From NCBI RefSeq assembly GCF_000025505.1, contig NC_013849.1:420001-452000 (forward strand): 32,000 bases of DNA. Reading direction: 5' to 3'. The notes below the pieces were generated by a model, which saw only the letters and a program-made list of their open reading frames with translations, did no database searches and had not been told where the DNA came from. This stretch comes from Ferroglobus placidus DSM 10642. GTDB lineage: Archaea; Halobacteriota; Archaeoglobi; Archaeoglobales; Archaeoglobaceae. Position numbers and translations under genes: made by a program. Below, piece after piece: positions 8,666 through 16,789 of the stretch (the first letter of the stretch is position 1; each line of letters starts with the position of its first letter).

Positions 8666-10453
8666 CTATCTCTTCCCCTCCAGCTCATCCAGCTCCCTCT
8701 CCCACTTCTCCCTCAATGGATTTCTGTAGGAGATCTCGCCAAGCCCTATTTCCAGCTTAATCTTCCTGAGGTCCGGATCCCTCGCCTCGCTGACGAAGGC
8801 CTCCACTATCCTGTCCTTCACCTTCTGGAACTCTCTTTCGATGGCTGAGTGCAGGGCAAACCCCTTCAGCCCCTCCTTTCTGAGCCTCTCCTCAATCCTC
8901 CTTTTTTCAGCCTCAAATGCACTGAAAAGCCTTCTGAACTCCTGGGATCGAAGGGCCTTCTCAACCCTCTCCCTCTCCATCAGCGCAAATGCCCCTGCTG
9001 TCATATACATGCAAACTGCTGGGAGTACAAGGAACAGGCCGAGTCCGATCAGTATTACATAGAGCTTCAGTGCCGCCCCGCCAAGGGTTGTGCAGGCTAT
9101 GTGCGTTACAAACATCCCTCCAAGCACAAGCCATCCCTCTGGAGTTGTGACCAAACCAATTGCGAGAGAGGTCAGCAGCGCAAATCCCAGAGTGATCGGG
9201 ATGAGGAAGTACACTCCTGCAGTAACATACACTGCAATCGTTGCCCATCCAGCAATGCTATGAGGGGCTGTGCGGATAATGTCCATTGAGTTGAAGATGA
9301 GAATCATTGCAGATCCGATGATTGGAGCTGCTAAGACAGCATCCCTCTCGCACCCTCCTCCGAATATCCCGGTTGGCAGTCTCTTCCTCACCGCTTCACC
9401 CAGTATACCCTTAATAAGGTCAGCTCCAGCTACCGAGAGGGCAACGATGGCGAATGCGAACTTCGGCCCCCACACCCTCAGCTCCTCGATTCCGGGCATC
9501 TGCAGTTCAGGCATCGATGCCTGAGTTGCAGTGGGTATTGGTGTTGGTGCTGGTGATGCTGGTGGTGCTGCAGACATCCCCTTCATCACGTAAAACAAAA
9601 AGGAGAGGTAGGCTGCCACCATGGCCACATCAACCACGATGCCAACAAAGCTCTCCTTTGCAGATCCGATTAGCACTGCAGTGAACAGCATTAATGCTAT
9701 GAAGCACGGTATGAACTCAACCGGGAAGAAGCCGTGGAGTGGGTGGTCTGGCACCACATATCCCTTCACCGCATGCAGGAGATAGAATGCTATCAGCACG
9801 GGCATGACAAATCCGCCCAGGTTCACTCCGGCAACCCTGTCATACCCAGGTTCGGGGAAGCTGTAAACCCTGAAATCACGCATATCTGCAAGACCACATA
9901 TCTGCACGGTTGGGAGCTTCCTGTCGAAGTTGAAACCCACGTTTATCCTGCTGAGGAGGAATATGACAGTCCACACAACTATCCCTGCTGCAATGGAGTC
10001 AAGGACGTATGCCATTGCAAGGGGAGCAATTACGAGCGTGTAAAGCATGTATTCTGCACGGGGTGATACGTTCTTATTGAGGTAGAAGGGGAGGACGATC
10101 TGGAGGAGTGAGTAGAGGGCCAGGGAGAGGGCTAGCACAGTGGGAATCACCCACTCGGGTGCAGTGGTGAACGGGAACAGTGATTCTGCATATACAATGA
10201 AGGGGTGGAGTTTGAGGTAGACGGCATCACCCACTAGGACGGCATGCTTCATTGCGAAGGCGAAGGCAATGAGGGGGACTGCAATCACGGCCTCAAGTAC
10301 AAGCTTGATAATCCCGGCTGCCTCGGAGGGTATGGAAGTGAGATTAAGTGGGAGGTTGAAATTGAGGCCCGGTAGTGTTGCCATCATAAACTCTCTTCCT
10401 GGTATAGCCGGTATAGCTGACATTACCTCTCTCAGCACATTCATTCCACTCAT
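8666..10453 (-). CDS. Polytopic membrane protein (595 aa) with C-terminal charged coiled-coil tail, unknown function
   Basis: ATG at 10453 is preceded by GGGAGGTGG with 6-nt spacing. There are many hydrophobic segments through about aa 480. The tail is Arg/Glu/Lys-rich and helical (ERERVEKALRSQEFRRLFSAFEAEKRRIEERLRKE...). Confidence 0.85.
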   Translation of the reverse strand: MSGMNVLREVMSAIPAIPGREFMMATLPGLNFNLPLNLTSIPSEAAGIIKLVLEAVIAVPLIAFAFAMKHAVLVGDAVYLKLHPFIVYAESLFPFTTAPEWVIPTVLALSLALYSLLQIVLPFYLNKNVSPRAEYMLYTLVIAPLAMAYVLDSIAAGIVVWTVIFLLSRINVGFNFDRKLPTVQICGLADMRDFRVYSFPEPGYDRVAGVNLGGFVMPVLIAFYLLHAVKGYVVPDHPLHGFFPVEFIPCFIALMLFTAVLIGSAKESFVGIVVDVAMVAAYLSFLFYVMKGMSAAPPASPAPTPIPTATQASMPELQMPGIEELRVWGPKFAFAIVALSVAGADLIKGILGEAVRKRLPTGIFGGGCERDAVLAAPIIGSAMILIFNSMDIIRTAPHSIAGWATIAVYVTAGVYFLIPITLGFALLTSLAIGLVTTPEGWLVLGGMFVTHIACTTLGGAALKLYVILIGLGLFLVLPAVCMYMTAGAFALMERERVEKALRSQEFRRLFSAFEAEKRRIEERLRKEGLKGFALHSAIEREFQKVKDRIVEAFVSEARDPDLRKIKLEIGLGEISYRNPLREKWERELDELEGKR

Positions 10454-10506
10454 AAATCTCCACCTCCCTATTCCTTACTTCTTATACCAAAAATAGCAAA
10501 AAACTA

Positions 10507-10529
10507 GCGCCCCTCAAGATGAGGGGCGC
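10507..10529 (-). terminator. Stem-loop plus T-run terminator downstream of the RHH gene
   Basis: GCGCCCCTC-aagat-GAGGGGCGC forms a perfect 9-bp stem. On the minus strand it is followed by TTTTTT. Confidence 0.55.
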
Positions 10530-10629
10530 ATCAGTCAATTATCTTATAGGGTGTCAGGGCAGATCTGTTACGGCCAGTTATGCTGTGGTGGTGTAGGGGT
10601 AGTTAGTCTGATAGTTATCACCTGCCCTC

Positions 10630-10953
10630 TCACTCCAGCCCGGTTTTCTCTGCCGGGAGTGTTACTCCCTCCTTTTTGATCTTGGAGAGGGCATATTCCC
10701 CTATCTCATCTATTTCTGCCTCGGGTCTCCACAGGCTCTCGTCTTCTGCAAGATCCAGAATCCTCAAGATGTTATACTTCCCCTTTTCTTCAGCATACTT
10801 CCGCGTGTACTCGTAAAATACCTCGATGGCCTTCCTTATTATATCACCCATATCAGCGCTAAGTGCCTGAGAGAGCATAACCAGCTTTGTTCTCAACTCC
10901 TTGTCCAGTACCACAGATGTTCTGCTCGAAACCTTACTCCTCTCCTTCACCAT
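10630..10953 (-). CDS. Ribbon-helix-helix (CopG/Arc-type) DNA-binding protein
   Basis: ATG at 10953 is preceded by GAGGTGA. The N-terminus SRTSVVLDKELRTKLVMLSQALSADMGDIIRKAIEVF fits the beta-strand/helix/turn/helix RHH pattern. The longer ORF start at 11049 lacks a Shine-Dalgarno site. Confidence 0.75.
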   Translation of the reverse strand: MVKERSKVSSRTSVVLDKELRTKLVMLSQALSADMGDIIRKAIEVFYEYTRKYAEEKGKYNILRILDLAEDESLWRPEAEIDEIGEYALSKIKKEGVTLPAEKTGLE

Positions 10954-11070
10954 CTTACTCACCTCTTTATTCACTACTCTTTTACTAAATGCATATAGTA
11001 CTAAGAAATATATATAGTTTTCGGTAGCAGGATTACTAAACCTAAACACTTTGTTCTCAGAAATCTAACA

Positions 11071-11346
11071 ATGGCACTAATCTCTGACGCCACTGTGATT
11101 GTGGAGGTGGGAGAAAGTAGTGGTGTTGTTCCTCAGGGATGGGAAGCTCTCAGACTTGGCAGACCCCTGTTTTTCTGGAAGTTACTGGCTGAAAAAGACA
11201 TCAGGTGGGTAAAAGAGATGATGAAGTACGGTGCATGTGTTTTACGGAACATTAATGACTTAAAACGGGCTATGAGAGAACTGGTACCACCGCCTACAGA
11301 TGAGCCATTGAAGTTGTCTCTGGTGGGCCTTAGTGACTTTATATGA
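11071..11346 (+). pseudogene. DprA/Smf-like Rossmann domain, C-terminal fragment only (truncated gene or stand-alone remnant)
   Basis: The 91-aa product ISDATVIVEVGESSGVV...EALRLGRPLFF...MMKYGACVLRNINDL aligns by eye with the distal part of DprA (..lVvEA..kSGsl.Ta..AleqGR.vfa....LI..GA.lv....Di). The N-terminal two thirds of a normal DprA are missing. Confidence 0.5.
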
Positions 11347-11448
11347 GATTAAGCAACCTTCTTATAGTCCTTCAGACGGTTCTAAAGAGAGTAAATATGT
11401 GAAAGAGATTTTGAGAAATCAAAGAGTTTAGCGGTAGATCTCAGTGAG

Positions 11449-11760
11449 GTGTGCTCCAGCCTCAAGTTACCCCCTACCTCTCTCCCAAACCACATCTCAC
11501 CCATGCCTCGACCCTATGGTTACTCCCTACCGTGCTACTACTTAACACCCTACCATCTCTCTCAAACAACCTCTCCCAGACTACTGTGCTACTCTCTACT
11601 TCCCTCTCTCTCACCTCTCAACTCCTCAACTACCCCTACCGTGCTACTCCTTAACACCCTACCGTGCTACTCTCTATCACCCTACCATCCCTCCCAAACC
11701 AACCCTCCAACATCCAAACCACACCTACCACACACCACCACACCGCATGCAATACCGCCA
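11449..11760 (+). repeat. G-poor C/T/A tract with CCCTACC(G/A)TGCTACT-type repeats, copy 1
   Basis: About 310 nt with very few G on the plus strand. It shares the 19-nt core ACCCTCCAACATCCAAACC (11702-11720) with the tract at 21720-21875 (21793-21811). Confidence 0.7.
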
Positions 11761-12514
11761 GATAACCGGTAGTATGATCTCCGAGGAGAGAGCTTTAATC
11801 CGCGAAAAAATCCCGCAAAATCGTTCTTTTTTCAATCTCCCAGGAGATGCCTCTAAATCAGGAATGGAGCGACGACTCGACTTCCAGCAAACGCCAGCGG
11901 TTTTCTTTTAAATATTTTTTGCTTCAACTCATAGCTATTTAGCCGAATATTTGCCAAGTCCCGGGTATTTTATTCTTTACTGGAGAAGTGGGTTAATATT
12001 TATCTGCAGACAGAACGAAGGCCTCTCCTCCGATTTCGGGTTCTGACAATTACCAATCTGAGCACTCTCATGCCTTGTTTTGAAAATCTGGGGAATGGGA
12101 AAGCGTAAATCAGAGATTACTCCCGCTCAGATTGGACATAAACTTCTCAAATAAAATTAATTTTCGAAATCCGCTGTATAGTGTTTATTTTTGATTTAAA
12201 CAACAGAAATAGAACCAAATGTAAGAAGTGCTAAGGCGGAAAATTTACCACGGGATCGGAGTAATATGAGATAGTCTGCTTAAGATAAGATTTTTATTCC
12301 TTGATTTAAAAAACTCGTAGTGTTTCTTAGCTGTCTCTGATTTGTGTAAAAAGGAATATAATTGCTCTTCCAAAAAAAGAAGAAATTATAAAGCTTTAAT
12401 AAACGCCTCTCGTAAATTATCTCAGATGAAGATAATTTCTCTCCTCGCTCCTTTGATGCGCAAATCATGCTAACGATATATCCCTCATTTTCACGTGCAG
12501 GCTGGGTGACATTC

Positions 12515-12935
12515 ACATCAACATCAACCTTTCAACCTCAACCTCACCTCCATCAACCCCTGCATCAACCGCTGCATCAACCTGCGTCAACCGCTGCATC
12601 AACCTCAGCATCAACCGCTTCATCAACCTGCTGCTGCATCAACCTGCGTCAACCTCAGCATCAACCTCTGCTGCTTCAACCTCTGCGTCAACCGCTACTG
12701 CTGCATCAACCTCTGCTGCGTCAACCGCTATTGCTGCGTCAACCGCTGCATCAACCTCTGCTGCGTCAACCTTTGCATCAACCTTTGCATCAACCTGCGT
12801 CAACCGCTACAGCATCAACCTTGCATCAACCGCTGCCTCACGCACTGAGGTTTCTGCGGCAGCAGGCATATGCAGCAGAGCAGCAGCAAGCACCAGCAAC
12901 TGCAACTTCAGCAGCAGAGCAGCAGCAGTAAAGCG
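12515..12935. repeat. Minisatellite of GC(A/G)TCAACC units with variable (G/T)CTGCT spacers, ending in a CAG-rich block
   Basis: About 27 copies of (C/G)(A/G)TCAACC at irregular 9-18 nt spacing over 12515-12840. A GCAGCA-rich run follows at 12850-12935. The 154-aa ORF here translates only to QPLHQPL-type low complexity. Confidence 0.85.
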
Positions 12936-12939
12936 TCAG

Positions 12940-13095
12940 CGGATTAGCTATTCTGGATTGGGCGTTAGCTTTTTTGGATGGTTAGATTTTTGGAGAGGGC
13001 ATTAGCTTTTTGGATGGTTTTTGGCTGCTCTCTTTTCTGGATGGTTTTTGGATTGGGCGTTAGCTTTTTTGGAGAGGGCGTTAGCAACCTTGCCA
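12940..13095. repeat. T/G-rich repeat block (GGGCGTTAGCTTTTTTGGA / TTTTTGGATGGTT units)
   Basis: GGCGTTAGCTTTTTTGGA-type units occur three or four times, interleaved with TTTTGGATGG. The flavour matches the T/G-rich intergenic cassettes at 23.2-29.5 kb. Confidence 0.6.
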
Positions 13096-13169
13096 CTTGC
13101 TCTCAAGTGTTCTCGGTTTTAGCAGGTTTTAGCAGGTTCAGGTGCAATGCGCTGGTGCGTTTGCCGGGA

Positions 13170-13290
13170 ACAGGGGGTCGTCGGGGGGAAGCGTCAGGAG
13201 CCAGTCAGGGACTCGTCAGGGAGAGGAGGCTCGTCAGCTCGTAGGGATCAGGGGCCAGAGACCAAGGATCAGGAGTCAGGGAGCCCGTCG
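13170..13290. repeat. G-rich degenerate repeat block (CGTCAGGGA / ATCAGGRG units)
   Basis: gcgtcaggag, ccagtcaggga, ctcgtcaggga, gctcgtcagc, gatcagggg, gatcaggag and tcagggag recur at about 10-14 nt intervals. Confidence 0.5.
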
Positions 13291-13357
13291 GGAAGAGGCT
13301 TGCAACACATTAGCTTACACAAGCAGACAGAGATTCCTGTTTATCTGGCAGACTCAC

Positions 13358-13440
13358 TTTTACCAGGGGTTAATTTACCCGGGGTAAATCAAAAGATTTA
13401 CCGGGGGTTAATTAAGATTTTTACCAGGGGTTAATCAAAG
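13358..13440 (+). repeat. GGGGTTAAT iteron cluster 1 (3 good and 1 degenerate copy)
   Basis: Copies read taccaGGGGTTAATttaccc, GGGGTAAATcaaaag, taccGGGGGTTAATtaag and taccaGGGGTTAATcaaag. All are in the same orientation. Confidence 0.8.
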
Positions 13441-13771
13441 AACGTTTCACACCAAAGCAGTCTTCGAATAAACCTGGTCTGCAAGAGATGCACGGAGGTA
13501 CAGCACATTCCTCTACCTGAAAAGCAAGTATAGGTTTAGTACCAGTCGGGAAGCTGGGGCGTTTAGCAGGGTCATCGAGAATTTGGGAGAGCTTGCCGGG
13601 AAGAAAAATCATGACCGCTCACAGCCGCACAGCGCTCCACATCACTCGTGCTCGAAGATCATATCGTTAAGTAACGTTAAGTATTATAATTTAACACTAA
13701 CTAGGATGTCCTAAACTTAATTAAAATACAACCAGGCCCGGCGGATTGCTTCAAGCAACCACTCTATTGCC

Positions 13772-13870
13772 CGGATTTGATGTGAAGCCCTTTAACTTAA
13801 CCCATTGAGAACTTCTCTCAGGACTGTAGAGGAGAAAGGATTTATTATTTAAGCAGAAAGAGAGACATAT
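13772..13870 (+). promoter_or_regulatory. Leader-like region of the left repeat array (conserved boxes plus TATA-like element)
   Basis: Box 1 CGGATTTGATGTGAAGCCCTTTAACTTAA (13772-13800) and box 2 TATTTAAGCAGAAAGAGAGACATATG (13846-13871) recur in inverted orientation at 21065-21093 and about 21030-21055. TTTATTATTTAAG looks like an archaeal TATA element pointing into the array. Confidence 0.45.
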
Positions 13871-14189
13871 GTGGGGGAGGAGGGAGAAGACTATGATACG
13901 AGTCCGCCCACGGGTGCTGTGGCATCCATTCCAATCCCCCGGAGAGTGAGGACGGTGATACGAGTCCACTAAAGGTAGCCCTCGCAGTAGATTTGATAAA
14001 ACAATCGTTGCAGAGGGAGATGAGGATGATGATACGAGTCCACTCCTGCATAAAGAACATTGGCCTTTGTAAGTTCAGGCCCCGTTGCAAGAGTGAGGAC
14101 GATGATATGAGTCCACTTGATCAGCTCCCCAAAGTCAGCTTTTTCCGGCGGTTGCAAAGGGGCCGGGGGGATCAGAGATGATGACGGGC
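13871..14189 (+). CRISPR. Degenerate CRISPR-like mini-array (5 repeats of 33-39 nt, 4 unique spacers of 29-40 nt), no cas genes nearby
   Basis: Repeats lie at about 13871-13907, 13937-13969, 14007-14043, 14084-14116 and 14151-14189. The consensus is roughly GTTGCAA(A)GAG(T)GAGGACGATGATACGAGTCCAC. The 3' ends are spaced 62, 74, 73 and 73 nt apart. The core GATGATA(C/T)GAGTCCAC is conserved, while the 5' purine-rich part varies in sequence and length, which is atypical for an active array. Confidence 0.4.
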
Positions 14190-14659
14190 ATTAGTATAGT
14201 TTCAGCAGAGTCAAAATGTAGTTAAATGGGCCCAGGCAAAGCTGAGAGGGTACATAAGGGACAGGATGGAGAGCTACCACAGGCACCTCACCCACATCTC
14301 CCCCTACACCTACGACCCCGAGGACAAAATCAGAGCTCATAGATCTTCTTACCGTATGCGAGCTTTGTTGAGAGAGGAGTAGTTGAAGAGATGTGCTGGG
14401 ATTTTGAAGAGGTGAGGGAGAGCAGGGGTTTGCTGGAGGCCCTCCAGGACGTGTGCTCCCCGGCTGACGGGGAAGACAGCCCCCAAAAAGAATGTTGCAG
14501 ACGATTTTGCTACTCAATGAGAATTGAACTTTGATTGCAGAAATAAAGCATCGTAAAGTTTTGTAAAGATCCAAGGAAGATTTGAAACGCTTTTTTGGAG
14601 GAACGGGGGAAAGTGTCTTTATATTTTCTGAGATAGTAGATTTGTTGAGGTGATGAAGG

Positions 14660-16021
14660 ATGGGTGCGAAATTGAGTGTGTTTGTGCTGGTGCTGGTGGC
14701 ACTGGGTATGGTAGTGTTGCCTGCAGTGTCAGCGAAGCCAATGGGCAATGGATACATGAATCCGGTTCCAGCCTCTGACAGCAGTACAGAGAATAATACC
14801 AATGTAGCCGTTACCACCACGGTTCCATCTACCAGTGAAAATAATACCGCAACTGTAACTGTCACTCAGAATTTGGTCAACCCCTCTCCCAACCCCTCCC
14901 CCAATCCGAATCCGATCCGCCAACAGGGACCGCATCCCTGGATACAGCATCACCAGAAGCCACATCTCTGGAAGCACAAGCATCCCTGGATACCGCATCT
15001 CTGGAAGCACAGAAACCAGAACCAAAATCAAACTCAGCAGGCCCTGGCCCACAAAATGAAAGGGGAGGAGAAGTGGGAAAACGCTAAAGAGAGATTTGAA
15101 AAGGCGAGAGAATGGTTTAACGAAACCAGAAAAAAGGTTGAAGAGGCCAGAAAACAGGCAAGAGAGAAAAGATTTGAGGCCTGGAAGAAGCATCTCACAG
15201 CCTGGGTTGAAGTGGCAAAGAAATGGGTTGAAAGGGTTGAACTCAGAATTCAGAACCTGAAACTGAACAATGAAAGCAAGGAAAGGTTGATGAGCAAGCT
15301 TCAGGAGGTTAAAGACAGTTTAAATAGTATAGAGAGTGAAATCAATGCCTCGCAGAACTACACTGAGCTGAGAGAGAAGGCAAGGGAAATCAGAGAGTTG
15401 TGGAAAGAGTTAAGGCAGGAGATGAGACAGGCTGTGCAGGAATATGCGATTGATAAGTACAGCGAAATTCTTGAAAGGTTAAAGCAGGTTAGAGACAGGC
15501 TTCAGGATGCAGGTGTTGATGTTAGCAATCTAAATGAGAAGATTGAGGAGATAGGGAGTGCTGTGGACGATTTAGAAAATTACATAGGAACAACTGAATT
15601 TCCGGAGAAGGTGAGAGAAGTCAACCAGCTATTCAGAGAAGCCTTTAAGACTGTTAAAGAACTTGTCAGAGAGGCGAAACCGGTGCCGAAACATGGTTTT
15701 GTCTATGCCCGCGTTAATGGTAGCTTTGAGCTGAGCGGGAACTTCAGTTCGGTGCAGATAAAGGTAAAGAATGGCAGTGTATCAATTCCCGAGAATGTGG
15801 TGGTAAAGAGGGTTAACACTTCAGGAGTTGAAATGATTGTTGCCAGAGGTAGCTTTACAGCCAGCGGAAATGGAGAGTTCAGAATACTCGCTCACGGTAG
15901 CGGTGAACTCAGTCTGAGCGGCGAGGGTTATTACAGAGTCAAAAAATCACCTGCTGAGCCTATGACAGACGAGATCGAGTTAGGCAATGAAACTGTAACT
16001 GTAACATTCGGCCAGAGCTGA
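14660..16021 (+). CDS. Secreted protein: signal peptide, PN/PS linker, His/Trp/Lys repeats, long Trp-containing coiled coil, C-terminal beta domain
   Basis: ATG at 14660 lies 7 nt after GAGGTGA. A TATA-like CTTTATATTTT lies at about 14617-14627. Signal peptide MGAKLSVFVLVLVALGMVVLPAVSA. Linker NPSPNPSPNPNP. Repeat HPWIQHHQKPHLWKHKHPWIPHLWKH. A charged helical region spans about aa 140-330. Confidence 0.85.
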   Translation: MGAKLSVFVLVLVALGMVVLPAVSAKPMGNGYMNPVPASDSSTENNTNVAVTTTVPSTSENNTATVTVTQNLVNPSPNPSPNPNPIRQQGPHPWIQHHQKPHLWKHKHPWIPHLWKHRNQNQNQTQQALAHKMKGEEKWENAKERFEKAREWFNETRKKVEEARKQAREKRFEAWKKHLTAWVEVAKKWVERVELRIQNLKLNNESKERLMSKLQEVKDSLNSIESEINASQNYTELREKAREIRELWKELRQEMRQAVQEYAIDKYSEILERLKQVRDRLQDAGVDVSNLNEKIEEIGSAVDDLENYIGTTEFPEKVREVNQLFREAFKTVKELVREAKPVPKHGFVYARVNGSFELSGNFSSVQIKVKNGSVSIPENVVVKRVNTSGVEMIVARGSFTASGNGEFRILAHGSGELSLSGEGYYRVKKSPAEPMTDEIELGNETVTVTFGQS

Positions 16022-16077
16022 ACATCTGGCAGCTGAAGATCTGAAAGCAGGCTGGTAGGGAGGGGGGGCTGAACAGT

Positions 16078-16362
16078 ATGAAGAAAAAATACATACTGGT
16101 GCTCCTGATAGCCATTGCAGCGATCTTTGCAGGCTGTCAGGGGAAGAGGGCTGAAAAGGGAGCTTCAACAACCACAACCACAACCACAGCCACACAGGCA
16201 CCCTCACAGGCATCTACACCTGCAATCACTCCTGCAATCACACCCACAGCCACAACACCGCAAACTCAGCAAGAAATCAATGAGAGCCTTGAGGATCTGC
16301 AGGAGATTGAGCAGTTAATACAGGATCTCAAGAGTCTCGATAATGTTCAGCTGAACGTTTGA
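16078..16362 (+). CDS. Small lipoprotein-like secreted protein with Thr/Pro-rich linker
   Basis: MKKKYILVLLIAIAAIFAGC has a lipobox-like FAGC. It is followed by TTTTTTTATQAPSQASTPAITPAITPTATTP and an acidic helical tail. T-runs follow the stop (tgattattttttagcttttttg). Confidence 0.75.
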   Translation: MKKKYILVLLIAIAAIFAGCQGKRAEKGASTTTTTTTATQAPSQASTPAITPAITPTATTPQTQQEINESLEDLQEIEQLIQDLKSLDNVQLNV

Positions 16363-16504
16363 TTATTTTTTAGCTTTTTTGCCGTTGCCGTTGCGACCAA
16401 CCATCAAATTAACCAATTTTGCTTTTCAGAATTTGGAAGTATAGGCTCTTATCATCGCCTCTACTCCTCGCAGCTTCTTTGTTGCGGGTTGCAGGGGCTT
16501 GTCG

Positions 16505-16692
16505 GAGGTTAATCAAAAAATGAACCCGGGGTTAATTAAGATTTTGAACCCGGGGTTAATTAACCCAGTTAATTTACCGGGGGTTAATCAAGGATAATGA
16601 ACCGGGGGTTAATTAACCGGGGGTTAATCAAAAAAATGAACCCGGGGTTAATTTACCAGAGTCAATTAGAGATAATTTACCGGGGGTTACTT
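16505..16692 (+). repeat. GGGGTTAAT iteron cluster 2 (about 7 good and 3 degenerate copies)
   Basis: GG(A/G)GGTTAAT occurs at 16507, 16528, 16552, 16579, 16604, 16619 and 16644. Degenerate copies are AGTTAAT (16567), GTCAATT (about 16661) and GGGGGTTAC (16682). Spacing alternates between about 13-15 and 23-25 nt. The extended unit is GATAAT(G/T)(A/T)ACC(G)GGGGTTAAT(T/C)AA. Confidence 0.85.
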
Positions 16693-16789
16693 AAAGGAGG
16701 AGAATGTGTTACAGAAGTTGAATTGTGGAGAATAAGAAATTCGAAAGACCAAAAGACAGATATTCTACAAAATCTCAAATTAAACAAGC

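Noticed and set aside
11449-11772. 107-aa and 67-aa Pro/Thr/Leu/Ser-rich ORFs.
   Set aside because: They are direct translations of the G-poor CT repeat tract. They have no Shine-Dalgarno site, are low complexity, and the same tract recurs non-coding at 21720-21875.
12280-13612. ORFs 12280-12516 (minus), 12467-12931, 12978-13244, 13142-13387, 13147-13434 and 13421-13612 (minus).
   Set aside because: All overlap tandem-repeat blocks or each other in different frames. They translate to low complexity (QPLHQPL, Arg/Gly-rich) and lack ribosome-binding sites.
13871-14189. Reading the ~73-nt units as box C/D sRNAs because of ATGATGA / GATGATA words.
   Set aside because: No D or D' box (CTGA) occurs at the expected distance on the same strand. 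Most copies read TGATAC rather than TGATGA, and there is no terminal stem.
14191-14865. 224-aa minus-strand ORF.
   Set aside because: It is antisense to the 5' end and signal peptide of the well-supported 14660-16021 gene and extends over non-coding DNA. Its composition is Ser/Leu/Pro-rich and it has no Shine-Dalgarno site.
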